Shown: positions 9,585 to 19,830, numbered from the stretch's first letter. The stretch is DNA of 64,000 nucleotides from Candidatus Nanopelagicaceae bacterium (GCA_018883365.1 VEQF01000001.1:27883-91882), one strand, 5' to 3'. Notes: generated from the sequence alone by a model not told the origin. Numbers and translations: made by a program.

Positions 9585-9610
9585 AACCCGCACTTTGGCC
9601 GATTTATTCC
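9585..9610 (-). promoter_or_regulatory. SigH/SigR-type autoregulatory promoter GGAAT-N18-GTT
   Basis: The minus strand has GGAAT (9610..9606), exactly 18 nt, then GTT (9587..9585). The sigH GTG start lies only 8 nt downstream, implying a leaderless or near-leaderless mRNA. Confidence 0.6.
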
Positions 9611-9612
9611 CT

Positions 9613-10317
9613 CTAAAAGAGAGTTTCGGGAACGGTCTCGATTGGTTCAATCAACTCTGGGCCGTTATTTCGAATGGAGTTTACTAAATCTGCCACAGGC
9701 CAAAAACGTAGATGCTGATCAGGGTTTTCGAAAATCATTAGCTTGCGAACTTCATTAACATCTTGAATATCTGAGTCCATCCATTCACTCCAACGATCCC
9801 GAGGCAAGAACAGTGGCATCCGATTGTGAACTTTCGCTAATTGATTTACTGCATCACGAGTAAGAATTGCAACACTATCTTTGATTTCACCTTCAGGCGA
9901 AATCCATCGATCATATATTCCCGCAAAAGCTAAAAGTTTATTGTCATCTCGTGAAATATAAACCGGTTGCTTTGTTTTGTATTCACCTAACTCTGTAGCC
10001 CATTCGTAATATCCGCTAGCCGGTACAAGACATCTGCTTCTTCTAAATGCATTTCTAAAAGTTGGTTTTTCGTGAACAGATTCCGAACGGGCATTTATTG
10101 CCTGCGACTGACTCTTTAAAGCTTCTACTTTTGTTTTACTCCAAGGGGCTATGAGGCCCCATGAAGCAATTTCAATTTTCTGATTCTTGATAATGTAAAT
10201 ATCTTGCGTTGGTTTGATATTCCAATCAACCGGCAAGCTCCGGTCCGGTATGGCGTTGGTTGAGAACTCCTCCGCGATATCGGTAAGCATCGCTGACAGG
10301 GCAAAACGACCGCACAT
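9613..10317 (-). CDS. SOS response-associated peptidase (SRAP/YedK family, abasic-site processing)
   Basis: N-terminal MCGRF (catalytic Cys2), 234 aa, with family-typical WGLIPxW-like (WGLIAPWSK) and YYEW motifs. Confidence 0.88.
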   Translation of the reverse strand: MCGRFALSAMLTDIAEEFSTNAIPDRSLPVDWNIKPTQDIYIIKNQKIEIASWGLIAPWSKTKVEALKSQSQAINARSESVHEKPTFRNAFRRSRCLVPASGYYEWATELGEYKTKQPVYISRDDNKLLAFAGIYDRWISPEGEIKDSVAILTRDAVNQLAKVHNRMPLFLPRDRWSEWMDSDIQDVNEVRKLMIFENPDQHLRFWPVADLVNSIRNNGPELIEPIETVPETLF

Positions 10318-10347
10318 GCTCCTAATCTATGTCCTAGACTTCTCTAT

Positions 10348-11640
10348 ATGTCGCAAGAACTATGGAGTGCTCCGTATCGCGGGATGAAACCCGTTAATTC
10401 CACGGTGAGCATTCCAGGCTCCAAATCGGTGACAAACAGAGCTTTAATCCTCAGCGCCTTAGCTAGTTCACCATCAATTCTTCACAAACCTCTTCGATCA
10501 CGCGATACCGAATTAATGATGCAAGGTTTAAGAGCCCTTGGCGTCGAGATAACTGAGCAAACAAATGATTTAGGTGAGGAAACTTGGAAAGTTACACCTG
10601 CTGTTCAGCTCTATGGGCCTGCTTCAATCGATGTAGGAAATGCTGGAACCGTAATGAGATTCCTGCCTCCCCTAGCGGCACTTGCAAAGGGATTAATCAA
10701 TTTTGATGGCGACCCGAGATCTTATGAAAGACCACTAGGACCAGTAATCGCAGCACTTGAAAATCTAGGTGTGATTATTGATCACAAAAATCGATTCGCT
10801 TTACCGCTGACCATTAATGGTGCGGGCTCAATTCGTGGTGGTTCTATCGAAATTGATGCTAGTTCATCTAGCCAATTTGTTTCCGCACTTCTTCTTGTTG
10901 GTCCAGCGATGAAGGATGGAATTACTGTGAAGCACATCGGAGAGAGTCTGCCTTCACAACCACACATCGATATGACAATTTCAATGCTGCGACAATTTGG
11001 TGCTGAAGTTGATGACTCAAATCCAGCACAGTGGAGCGTTAAACCAGGTAAGTTGCAGGGACAGGATTTGGTTATTGAGCCAGATCTTTCAAACGCAGCT
11101 CCATTCATGTCTGTTGCAATGGTGTGCGGTGGTTCTGTGACTATCTCAGACTGGCCCAAATCAACAACTCAACCAGGTGATCAGCTACGTAGTATTTTTT
11201 CGCAAATGGGTTCCAGTATCGAATTAAATGAAAAAGGTTTGACAATCACAGGTGGTAAAGAAATAAAAGGTATTGATATTGATTTACATGACGTCGGTGA
11301 GTTAACACCTTCAATCGCCGCGGTTGCGGCTCTAGCTAATACCCCATCATCGCTCAGAGGAATCGGACACTTAAGGTTGCATGAAACTGATCGCCTATCA
11401 GCATTAAGACAAGAAATTAACAATTTAGGCGGAGCCGTTACTGAGGAGCAAACCGCAATTCATATAGTCCCCAAACCACTGCATTCTGGAGTTTTTCACA
11501 CCTACGAGGATCACCGGTTGGCTACTGCGGGAGCGGTGCTTGGTTTAGCTATAGAAGGTATCCAGGTAGAAAACATTTCAACTACTCGCAAGACATTGCC
11601 TGATTTTCCAGGTCTTTGGAGCACAGTACTTAATGGCTAG
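10348..11640 (+). CDS. aroA: 3-phosphoshikimate 1-carboxyvinyltransferase (EPSP synthase)
   Basis: IPGSKSVTNRALILSALA and LGNAGTVMRFL motifs, 430 aa. Confidence 0.93.
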   Translation: MSQELWSAPYRGMKPVNSTVSIPGSKSVTNRALILSALASSPSILHKPLRSRDTELMMQGLRALGVEITEQTNDLGEETWKVTPAVQLYGPASIDVGNAGTVMRFLPPLAALAKGLINFDGDPRSYERPLGPVIAALENLGVIIDHKNRFALPLTINGAGSIRGGSIEIDASSSSQFVSALLLVGPAMKDGITVKHIGESLPSQPHIDMTISMLRQFGAEVDDSNPAQWSVKPGKLQGQDLVIEPDLSNAAPFMSVAMVCGGSVTISDWPKSTTQPGDQLRSIFSQMGSSIELNEKGLTITGGKEIKGIDIDLHDVGELTPSIAAVAALANTPSSLRGIGHLRLHETDRLSALRQEINNLGGAVTEEQTAIHIVPKPLHSGVFHTYEDHRLATAGAVLGLAIEGIQVENISTTRKTLPDFPGLWSTVLNG

Positions 11641-11645
11641 CGCTA

Positions 11646-12629
11646 ATGAGTAGACGTCACCCAGACGAGAGTGATGTTCGTATTCGTCCATCGCGTTCAA
11701 CTCGGCCGCGCAGTAAAGATCGGCCCACTCATGAAGATGCGGTACCTGCACATGTAATCACGGTGGATCGTGGTCGGACTTTATGCCGTCTATCCTCCGG
11801 CTTAGAAGTCAGCGCAATGAAAGCGCGTGAACTTGGCAAAAACTCGGTAGTTGTTGGAGACCAAGTTGGATTAGTCGGTGATGTATCTGGCAAAGATGGA
11901 ACTCTGGCTCGCATTGTTTCTGTAGCCCCAAGAAAAAATTCTTTATCAAGAACTATTGATGATGCCGGTGGATTTGAAAAAACTATCGCGGCAAACATTG
12001 ACCAGATGTTGATTGTCGTAGCTTCAGCAAATCCAGAGCCACGACACGGCTTCATAGATCGTTGTCTTGCTGTTGCTTATGATCAGGGAATTACCCCAAT
12101 CATCGTTATGACCAAAAGAGATCTGGCTGACCCCAGTGAGTTTTTGAAAACTTACGATGCATTGGATGTGAAGCATTTTGTAGTGCAAAGAGGTGACGAC
12201 TTATCTGAGTTAATTAAACTTTTAGCAAATAAGGAATCAGTTCTAATTGGTCATTCCGGTGTCGGAAAATCAACTTTAGTAAATGCACTAACCGGAGAAG
12301 ATAAACGAGCCACCGGCGATGTTAACGATACAACTGGAAGGGGTCGTCATACCTCCTCCAGCGCTATCGCTTTTGATATCCCAAATGAAAACGGGATGAT
12401 TATTGACACCCCTGGTGTTCGTTCATTTGGACTAGAGCACATTGATCGCTCCAGAGTGATTAGCTCTTTTGCGGAGTTGGCCTCCGCTATTGCTACCTGT
12501 CCTAAAAACTGTTCTCATGATGAAGAGAAATGTGGCTTAAATGACTATGTTTCGGAGCACCCAGAGGCGGTGCAGCGCATAGCTGGACTACGTCGACTGC
12601 TCAATACAACTTCGCAACCGATAACCTAA
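11646..12629 (+). CDS. rsgA: Ribosome small-subunit-dependent GTPase A
   Basis: Circularly permuted GTPase: TKRDL (G4) precedes GHSGVGKSTLVNAL (G1). The C-terminal Cys cluster is CPKNCSHDEEKC. Confidence 0.9.
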   Translation: MSRRHPDESDVRIRPSRSTRPRSKDRPTHEDAVPAHVITVDRGRTLCRLSSGLEVSAMKARELGKNSVVVGDQVGLVGDVSGKDGTLARIVSVAPRKNSLSRTIDDAGGFEKTIAANIDQMLIVVASANPEPRHGFIDRCLAVAYDQGITPIIVMTKRDLADPSEFLKTYDALDVKHFVVQRGDDLSELIKLLANKESVLIGHSGVGKSTLVNALTGEDKRATGDVNDTTGRGRHTSSSAIAFDIPNENGMIIDTPGVRSFGLEHIDRSRVISSFAELASAIATCPKNCSHDEEKCGLNDYVSEHPEAVQRIAGLRRLLNTTSQPIT

Positions 12630-12636
12630 GCTCCTT

Positions 12637-13452
12637 ATGAGTTATCCGGGTGACTTGTTTAGCGATGTAGAACTACTCAAGGTCTTAGCAGATGCTAGTG
12701 ATGAGATTTCCTTTGACCGATTTCATGCCCAAGATTTAGTCATTGAAACCAAACCAGACGCCACGCCGGTTACAGATGCGGATCGCGCCGTCGAAAACAA
12801 GATTCGTGAGATTTTGGCAAATGAACGCCCAGCAGATTTGATTGTGGGAGAAGAGTTTGGCAGTCCTAATCAAATCGCTTCAGGAACTCGATATTGGGTA
12901 ATTGATCCAATAGATGGAACAAAAAACTTCTTGCGCGGTGTTCCAATCTGGGCCACTTTGATCGCATTAGTAGAGCGGAATGAAAGCGGTTCAGATCAGG
13001 TTATCGCAGGTATGGTTTCATCACCCGCGTTGTTTCGCCGCTGGTACGCAGCACTCGGTTTTGGAGCTTTCACAGAGGTAAATGGCGGTCCAGCAACTCA
13101 AATCTCAGTTTCTGGAGTTAAGAATTTAGCTGACGCTTCTCTTTCTTTTTCAGATTTAGTTGGCTGGGGTGAGCGACGCGAGCGATATATGTCATTTATG
13201 GAAAAGGCTTGGCGGGTGCGTGGCATCGGCGACTTTTGGTCCCACATGTTAGTTGCAGAAGGCGCAGCCGATATTGCCGCCGAACCAAGTTTGGCGCTTT
13301 GGGATATGGCGGCGGTTTCAATTGTCGTAACTGAAGCCGGGGGAAGATTTAGTGATTTAGAAAATAATCCAGGACCTTTTGGTAAGAGTGGAGTATCTAC
13401 AAACGGGCACCTACATGACCTCTTCATTTCTGCAGTAACGGAGCGCAATTAA
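12637..13452 (+). CDS. hisN: Inositol monophosphatase-family histidinol-phosphatase
   Basis: IMPase motifs VIDPIDGTKNF and WDMAA. Size and N-terminus resemble actinobacterial HisN. The specificity call is by homology inference only. Confidence 0.75.
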   Translation: MSYPGDLFSDVELLKVLADASDEISFDRFHAQDLVIETKPDATPVTDADRAVENKIREILANERPADLIVGEEFGSPNQIASGTRYWVIDPIDGTKNFLRGVPIWATLIALVERNESGSDQVIAGMVSSPALFRRWYAALGFGAFTEVNGGPATQISVSGVKNLADASLSFSDLVGWGERRERYMSFMEKAWRVRGIGDFWSHMLVAEGAADIAAEPSLALWDMAAVSIVVTEAGGRFSDLENNPGPFGKSGVSTNGHLHDLFISAVTERN

Positions 13453-13453
13453 T

Positions 13454-15706
13454 ATGTCAGAGCAAGAATCTTTAGAGCAGGTAGACCTATCAATCTCAGG
13501 AATGACCTGTTCATCCTGCGTTGCCACCGTTGAGAAATCACTAAGTAAGGTGCCTGGTGCTCGCGCCACAGTCAACTTGGCTACGGAAACGGCACACATT
13601 TTGGTGCCCGAAGGTACCTCGCCACGATCGCTAATCGATGCGGTAACAAAAGCTGGATACACCGCAAAGATTCGAACTGATGAGATGGAGAGCTTCTCTC
13701 GTTCACGGGGTATGGGAATAAGAGTCCTGCTATCCGCATTATTAACAATTCCTGTAGTTGTTCTATCTATGTGGCATTCACTTCATTACGAATTAGATGC
13801 ATTTATTCTGGAACAACTTCGCAACTTCAACATTCCGGCTCCACTTTATTCTGCGACTGGTTGGTTAGTGATTGGGTTAACCGCTCCAGTAGTCCTCATT
13901 ATTGCTTGGCCAATTCATCGAGCTGCAATTAGAAATTTAACCCATCCAACTATGGATAATCTGATTTCACTCGGTGCGCTCAGTGCATTTATCTGGTCAA
14001 TTTATGCCAATTCAACAGGCGCTGGAGATATTTATGCCGAAGTTGCAGCATCTGTAGTTACTTTTATTGTCTTGGGAAGATATTTGGAATCTCGGGCAAA
14101 AAAACGTGCTGGTTCTGCATTAGCTCATTTATTATCTTTAAACCCTAAAGAGGTAACAATCATTCGCGGTGGCGAAGAGGTCCGAGCACCAATTGCCAAT
14201 CTTCAAATTGGCGATAGATGCGTGGTTCGCCCTGGAGATCGCATACCGACAGATGGAGTTATCGTTGAAGGTGTTAGTGCGGTAGATAACTCGCTTTTAA
14301 CCGGTGAATCACTTCCAGTTGATGTTCATCCAGGATCAACAGTTATCGCCGGAGCCATCAACACCTCTGGTCGATTGGTTATCGAAGCAAAAAGAATTGG
14401 TAATGACACAGAGTTGGCCCGAATTACGAAAATGGTTTTAACCGCGCAAGGTGAAAAAGCGCCGATTCAAAAGCTGGCTGATCGAATTAGCTCGGTCTTC
14501 GTTCCCATCGTTATTTCCTTATCAATAGCCACTTTTGCGGCTTGGTACCTACTGGATAACTCGCTTCAGGATTCGGTTCGGGCGGCAGTTGCCCTGTTAG
14601 TTATCGCCTGTCCATGTGCTCTGGGGTTGGCTACACCGGTGGCGTTACTTGTAGCCACAGGAAAAGGGGCAGCTAACGGAATCGTTTTGCGTAAAACTTC
14701 ATCGCTGGAGACTGCGCCAAAGATTACAACTGTAGTTTTGGATAAAACTGGAACCCTCACCACCGGAATAATGAAGGTTCAAAACGTCACAATTCCTGAT
14801 CTAGGGAAAACCGCTCCCGCTATTACAAAACATGATCTTTTGATGGCGGTACATGCTTTAGAAAATGAAAGCTCGCATCCAATTGCAGGAGCTATCTCCC
14901 GCCTCTTAACGGAACAAGGTATTGGCAGAAAGTCTGTATCAGAGTTTATTGACACTCCAGGTCAAGGAGTTGCAGCTCGAGTAAATTTTGGTGAGATTCA
15001 GATGCCAGTTTTGATTGGTACTCCAGAATCAATTCGAAAGGCAACATTAAATCTGCATCCTGAAATTGAAGCTGCTATTTCAGCGGCTAGATTGCGGGGC
15101 AACTCAATTGCGGTGGTCGCAATCGATGGTGTCGCTTTAGCAGTTTTCGAAGTTGGAGATACTTTAAGAGTTGATGCAGCTGAAACCATTAAAGCTTTCC
15201 AGAATCGCAAGATTCAAACCTGGTTAATAACCGGCGATAACGAAGCAGCCGCACATCAAATTGCCCTTGAAGTTGGAATTCCAACTAAGAATGTAATTGC
15301 CCTTGCTACTCCAGAGCGTAAAATCTCGAAAATTAAAGAGTTAAAAGCAAATGGTGAAAAGGTATTGATGATCGGCGATGGAATTAATGATGCCGCGGCG
15401 ATTGCAGAGGCTGATTTGAGTATGGCTCTTGGCACCGGAACTGATACCGCAATTGCAACAGCTGACATAACCTTGCTACGAGGAACTCTAGGAACCGCTA
15501 TTTCCGCATTAAATCTAGCCAAAAATACCCTGAGAATTATCCGAGCAAATCTGGGATGGGCCTTCATTTATAACGTTATTGGCATTCCAATTGCAGCTCT
15601 TGGCATGTTGAATCCAATGTATGCCGGCGGCGCGATGGCTGCTTCAAGTCTTTTAGTGGTTCTTAATTCGCTAAGGCTTAATCGCACCACTACGCTCGCG
15701 GCGTGA
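13454..15706 (+). CDS. Heavy-metal (Cu+-type, P1B-1) translocating P-type ATPase
   Basis: N-terminal HMA GMTCSSCV, TM6 CPCALGLATP, DKTGTLT, GDGINDAAA, and TM7/8 YN...MAASS signatures of Cu+ pumps. The start is 1 nt after the hisN stop. Confidence 0.92.
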   Translation: MSEQESLEQVDLSISGMTCSSCVATVEKSLSKVPGARATVNLATETAHILVPEGTSPRSLIDAVTKAGYTAKIRTDEMESFSRSRGMGIRVLLSALLTIPVVVLSMWHSLHYELDAFILEQLRNFNIPAPLYSATGWLVIGLTAPVVLIIAWPIHRAAIRNLTHPTMDNLISLGALSAFIWSIYANSTGAGDIYAEVAASVVTFIVLGRYLESRAKKRAGSALAHLLSLNPKEVTIIRGGEEVRAPIANLQIGDRCVVRPGDRIPTDGVIVEGVSAVDNSLLTGESLPVDVHPGSTVIAGAINTSGRLVIEAKRIGNDTELARITKMVLTAQGEKAPIQKLADRISSVFVPIVISLSIATFAAWYLLDNSLQDSVRAAVALLVIACPCALGLATPVALLVATGKGAANGIVLRKTSSLETAPKITTVVLDKTGTLTTGIMKVQNVTIPDLGKTAPAITKHDLLMAVHALENESSHPIAGAISRLLTEQGIGRKSVSEFIDTPGQGVAARVNFGEIQMPVLIGTPESIRKATLNLHPEIEAAISAARLRGNSIAVVAIDGVALAVFEVGDTLRVDAAETIKAFQNRKIQTWLITGDNEAAAHQIALEVGIPTKNVIALATPERKISKIKELKANGEKVLMIGDGINDAAAIAEADLSMALGTGTDTAIATADITLLRGTLGTAISALNLAKNTLRIIRANLGWAFIYNVIGIPIAALGMLNPMYAGGAMAASSLLVVLNSLRLNRTTTLAA

Positions 15707-16695
15707 ATTTAACTACCGAAACCTGGCTATTAACTGTTGCACTCATCGTAGGTCTTTTACTTTTTGACCTTCTAACATCAACGCGTAAAGCGCATGATGT
15801 CTCATTTAAGGAAGCGACCTTCTGGTCGATTTTTTACATCGCTGTTGCGATCATTTTCGGAGCCTGGGTTTGGGGTGAATTCGGTAGCCAATTCGGAAAA
15901 GAGTATTTTGCCGCTTACATAGTTGAGAAATCTCTATCGGTAGATAACCTCTTTGTCTTCCTTATTATTTTGACAAACTTTGCAGTTCCTTCGATTTATC
16001 ACCAACGCGTTCTCATGGTGGGAATCGTGCTGGCGCTATTTATGCGCGCGATATTTATTGCTCTTGGAGCTGCTGCGCTACAAGCTTTCTCATTCACCTT
16101 CGTAATATTTGGTGGAATTTTGCTTTGGACCGGTATCAAACTCTTCCAGCATTGGGATGAAGATCCAGACCCCCAAAACAATCCAATTGTTAAGTTTGCT
16201 CAGCGCAAGATCCCATTCACCAATGAGTATCACGGTGGAAAGATTTTCATAAAGGAAAACGGTAAGCGCATAGCTACCCCACTACTTCTCGTGATGTTGG
16301 CTATCGGCGCAACTGATTTACTATTTGCTCTCGATTCAATTCCAGCAACCTTTGGCGTTACACAGGAGCCATTCCTGGTGTTTGCAGCTAACGCTTTTGC
16401 TTTGCTTGGTTTGCGTGCGCTTTACTTCCTAATTAAGAACCTAGTGAACAAGCTCATTTACCTTTCAATTGGCTTGGCCTTTATTCTCATCTTTATCGGA
16501 ATCAAGCTAGTTATGGTTTGGGGTCATGAGAACTGGGATGCGGTTCCAAAGATTTCCACCAACTTCTCACTTGCCGTAATTGGATCAATCTTGCTGATTT
16601 CAACAGTGGCAAGCTTGATTAAGTCCAAGAAGGATCCAACCGCGATTGGCCATGCAGGCCGCATGTCAGATCCCAAAAAGGATGAAGATAAGTAA
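15703..16695 (+). CDS. TerC/Alx-family integral membrane protein
   Basis: 330-aa polytopic ORF with TerC-family motifs (EKSLSVDNLFVF, ATDLLFALDSIPA). The GTG start overlaps the ATPase stop (GTGA). Confidence 0.88.
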   Translation: MNLTTETWLLTVALIVGLLLFDLLTSTRKAHDVSFKEATFWSIFYIAVAIIFGAWVWGEFGSQFGKEYFAAYIVEKSLSVDNLFVFLIILTNFAVPSIYHQRVLMVGIVLALFMRAIFIALGAAALQAFSFTFVIFGGILLWTGIKLFQHWDEDPDPQNNPIVKFAQRKIPFTNEYHGGKIFIKENGKRIATPLLLVMLAIGATDLLFALDSIPATFGVTQEPFLVFAANAFALLGLRALYFLIKNLVNKLIYLSIGLAFILIFIGIKLVMVWGHENWDAVPKISTNFSLAVIGSILLISTVASLIKSKKDPTAIGHAGRMSDPKKDEDK

Positions 16696-16715
16696 TACGA
16701 ATCCAAATTAAAAAA

Positions 16716-16822
<107 letters not shown>

Positions 16823-16842
16823 TCGGATGTCCTAATCGTAGA

Positions 16843-16861
16843 GGCGTAATGCGATTACGCC
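16843..16861 (-). terminator. Hairpin downstream of the UPF0182 gene (possible terminator without a U-tract)
   Basis: GGCGTAAT-gcg-ATTACGCC is a perfect 8-bp stem between the UPF0182 stop and the tRNA 5' end. There is no clear U-run. Confidence 0.35.
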
Positions 16862-16888
16862 AAAACGATGATTCCGAGCTGAGCGGTA

Positions 16889-19774
16889 TTAGCGACGTTG
16901 CGCTGCTACCGCCGCCTCAATAGCTGCCTTCAAGCGATCCTGAGCTTTGCCATATGCGGTGAAATCACCTTTAGCAAGCGCGGCTTGTGCATCTGACAGG
17001 GCCTTCTGCGCACTAGCAAGTGCGTTAGCTAGATCGGTATTTGTTCCCGATGATGTGCTTCCGCCGCCAGTCGAAGGTGTGACTGTTGTGGTTCCAGAGT
17101 TTCCACCAAAGACTTGATCTAATGCACCTTTGAGTGTGTCATCAAATCCAATTTTTTCTCCGAAGGAAACCAAAACCTTTTGCAGCAATGGATATGCGGC
17201 AGCGTTCGCTGTTGCTCGAACATAAACCGGCTGAACGTAAAGCAATCCACCGCCCACTGGAAGCGTTAACAAGTTTCCAAGGACAACATCAGATCCACCC
17301 TGACGAAGAAGTGAAAGTGATAACGCTACATTTGGATTTGCTTCGAAGTTTGATGCGACCTGAGAAGGTCCCGCAATATTGGTTGAACGTTGCAACTGCA
17401 ATACCGTGAACTTTCCATAATCAGGACCTGGATCAGAGTTAACTACTGCAAACGCAGATAAGTTCTCACGACCACCACGCGGTACAAATGGAGTGGTTAA
17501 AGAGAAGGATGCTTTCTTCTCCCCTGGTAACTGCAGGGTGTAGTAATACGGTGGCTGAGCACCTGCGTTTGCGCCAAGGGTGGAAGGATCGCGTGGTACG
17601 CGCCAGAAGTCCTGTCCGCCGTAAAACGCATTGGCATTTTTCACGTGATAGAGCGAGAGCACATCACGTTGTACGCGGAATAGATCCTCTGGATATCGCA
17701 CATGCGAGACCAGTTGTTCTGACATCTCAGACTTTTTCTTTACAACACCTGGGAAGACCTTCATCCAAGATGCAAGCACCGGATCTTTCTCATCCCATGC
17801 ATAAAGAGTGACCGTTCCATCATAAGCATCAACTGTGGCCTTAACTGAGTTACGGATGTAGTTAATAGTTGAGTTAGGAACTGCGGTCAATGGATTCGTA
17901 TTGATGTTTAGGGCATCGGTAGTTGCTCCGGAAACGTCAACAGTTCTGGAGTATGGATAGCCAGAGCTTGTGGTGTATCCATCAATAATCCAAACGATTC
18001 TGTTATCAATAATCGCTGGATATGGATCTCCATCCAACTTCAACCAAGGTGCTACCTTGGCTACGCGCTCACGAGGAACGCGGTCAAAAATGATTTTCGA
18101 ATCCTCGTTAATGAGGTTAGAAAGCAACATACGCTGCTCTTGATATTTAATAGCGAACAACAAACGAGAGAATATGGAGCCCATAGGAACTCCACCTTTT
18201 CCTGTGTAGGTGTAGTTCTTCTGCCCATTTGCCGATGCATCATCTGGATAATCGAACTCGACGGCTTCGCCATCAGTGGTTCCACCAATGATTGAGTACT
18301 CCGGATTATTCTCGCCAAAGTAAATACGTGGTTGGAAATCTCCCAGTTTGCCCTTTGGTGGAATATCGCCAACGGTAAATACCGGCTTTCCATCTACATC
18401 CTGCGTATTGCCGAATGCGCCAACAAAACCAAATCCATGTGTGTAAACCAAATGGTCATTAATCCAGTTACGGTTTGGGTTTCCTTCAATATTAATCTCA
18501 CGAACCGCAACAACCATATCGCGGGTCTTGCCATCAATTGTGTAACGGTCGATATCTAGTGACTCATTAAAGGTGTAGTAAGGCTTAATTTGTTGTAACT
18601 GTCTAAACGTAGCCGATAGAACATTTGGATCCATGAGGCGGATATTTGAAATGGTAGCCGCATCATCAGAGAGCTGTCCGGCAGAGGTATCAACTGTTGC
18701 TGAATAATCAACAACATTTACTTTATCCAGGCCATACGCAGCGCGGGTATTTTCAATATTGCGCTGAATAAATGGTGCCTCTTTTGAGGATTCGCTTGGT
18801 TTTACTTGGAACTGTTGCACCAAACTTGGATAAACACCAGAAATCAAAAAGGAAGAAATTCCTAGTAATGCAACGCCAGCAGCGGGCAAAACCCAGGAAC
18901 GGCGAATGATGTTGGCAAAGAACAACAGGGCGCAGAGCGCTGCAATTCCAGTCAAAATAGCTTTTGCCGGCAGAACAGCATTCACATCCGTGTAGGTCAA
19001 ACCGGTAATCAGACCTTCATCGCTGGTAGCAAGTGCATATCGATCCAACCAATATGCAACCGCCTTAGCAGCAACGATAAATCCAAGTAGAACTGAAAGC
19101 TGTACTCGCGCCGCAACCGTAGTTCTATCATCACGAACTTGCGGGCGAATTCCGCCGTAAACATAATGAATTGCAACCGCTGCGATTGTGGCCAGAATCA
19201 GAGTGGAAATTACCCAGCCCACAATTGACTGCCAAAATGGCAAAGTAAACATGAAGAAGGAAATGTCCTTACCGAATTGCGGATCTTTAACGCCAAATGG
19301 TGTCGCGTTTGAATAAAGCAACCAGCTCTCCCAGAGTCTGGTGCCAGCCATTCCAGCAAAATAGAAAAGAGCTATAGAAATACCGATTAAGCCAACTTTA
19401 CGAAGCGGTTCAAGTTGAGCGCGATATCGCTCTAGGTTGTCGGCTTCTACAGTAAGTGGAACGTAAATTGGACGCTTCTTATAAGCGATATAAATATTCG
19501 CAGTAATAATGATTGAAGTTAAGAAACCAAAGATTAAAAACAGCGCTATGCGAGTTGTTAACAGAGTGGTCCAAACTTCACTGTAATCGACGGAGCGGAA
19601 CCAGAGAAAATCTGCATAGAAGCCGCTAAGTGAAACAAGAACTACCGCCAGAACCGTCAGGATGATTACGGTGAGAGGTAGTGCACCGATTTTGCGTGGC
19701 CCCTGACTGGCTGGATCTCTTGGTGGAAAGCGGAAATTACGGAATGGATTATCTGGATTATCGCCAAAAGTCAT
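16889..19774 (-). CDS. UPF0182 family large membrane protein (Rv3193c-like)
   Basis: 961 aa with about 7 N-terminal TM helices and a large extracytoplasmic domain. Its position next to the PDZ/Lon-like protease matches Rv3193c-Rv3194c. Confidence 0.85.
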   Translation of the reverse strand: MTFGDNPDNPFRNFRFPPRDPASQGPRKIGALPLTVIILTVLAVVLVSLSGFYADFLWFRSVDYSEVWTTLLTTRIALFLIFGFLTSIIITANIYIAYKKRPIYVPLTVEADNLERYRAQLEPLRKVGLIGISIALFYFAGMAGTRLWESWLLYSNATPFGVKDPQFGKDISFFMFTLPFWQSIVGWVISTLILATIAAVAIHYVYGGIRPQVRDDRTTVAARVQLSVLLGFIVAAKAVAYWLDRYALATSDEGLITGLTYTDVNAVLPAKAILTGIAALCALLFFANIIRRSWVLPAAGVALLGISSFLISGVYPSLVQQFQVKPSESSKEAPFIQRNIENTRAAYGLDKVNVVDYSATVDTSAGQLSDDAATISNIRLMDPNVLSATFRQLQQIKPYYTFNESLDIDRYTIDGKTRDMVVAVREINIEGNPNRNWINDHLVYTHGFGFVGAFGNTQDVDGKPVFTVGDIPPKGKLGDFQPRIYFGENNPEYSIIGGTTDGEAVEFDYPDDASANGQKNYTYTGKGGVPMGSIFSRLLFAIKYQEQRMLLSNLINEDSKIIFDRVPRERVAKVAPWLKLDGDPYPAIIDNRIVWIIDGYTTSSGYPYSRTVDVSGATTDALNINTNPLTAVPNSTINYIRNSVKATVDAYDGTVTLYAWDEKDPVLASWMKVFPGVVKKKSEMSEQLVSHVRYPEDLFRVQRDVLSLYHVKNANAFYGGQDFWRVPRDPSTLGANAGAQPPYYYTLQLPGEKKASFSLTTPFVPRGGRENLSAFAVVNSDPGPDYGKFTVLQLQRSTNIAGPSQVASNFEANPNVALSLSLLRQGGSDVVLGNLLTLPVGGGLLYVQPVYVRATANAAAYPLLQKVLVSFGEKIGFDDTLKGALDQVFGGNSGTTTVTPSTGGGSTSSGTNTDLANALASAQKALSDAQAALAKGDFTAYGKAQDRLKAAIEAAVAAQRR

Positions 19775-19830
19775 GGGGCGAGATTAGCCAACTCCCTCAA
19801 GGGAGGGAATTCGAGAATTGCCAGTTATGA

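Noticed and set aside
15650-15710. A yybP-ykoY (Mn2+) riboswitch in front of the TerC gene.
   Set aside because: TerC starts inside the stop codon of the ATPase gene, so there is no untranslated space for a riboswitch.
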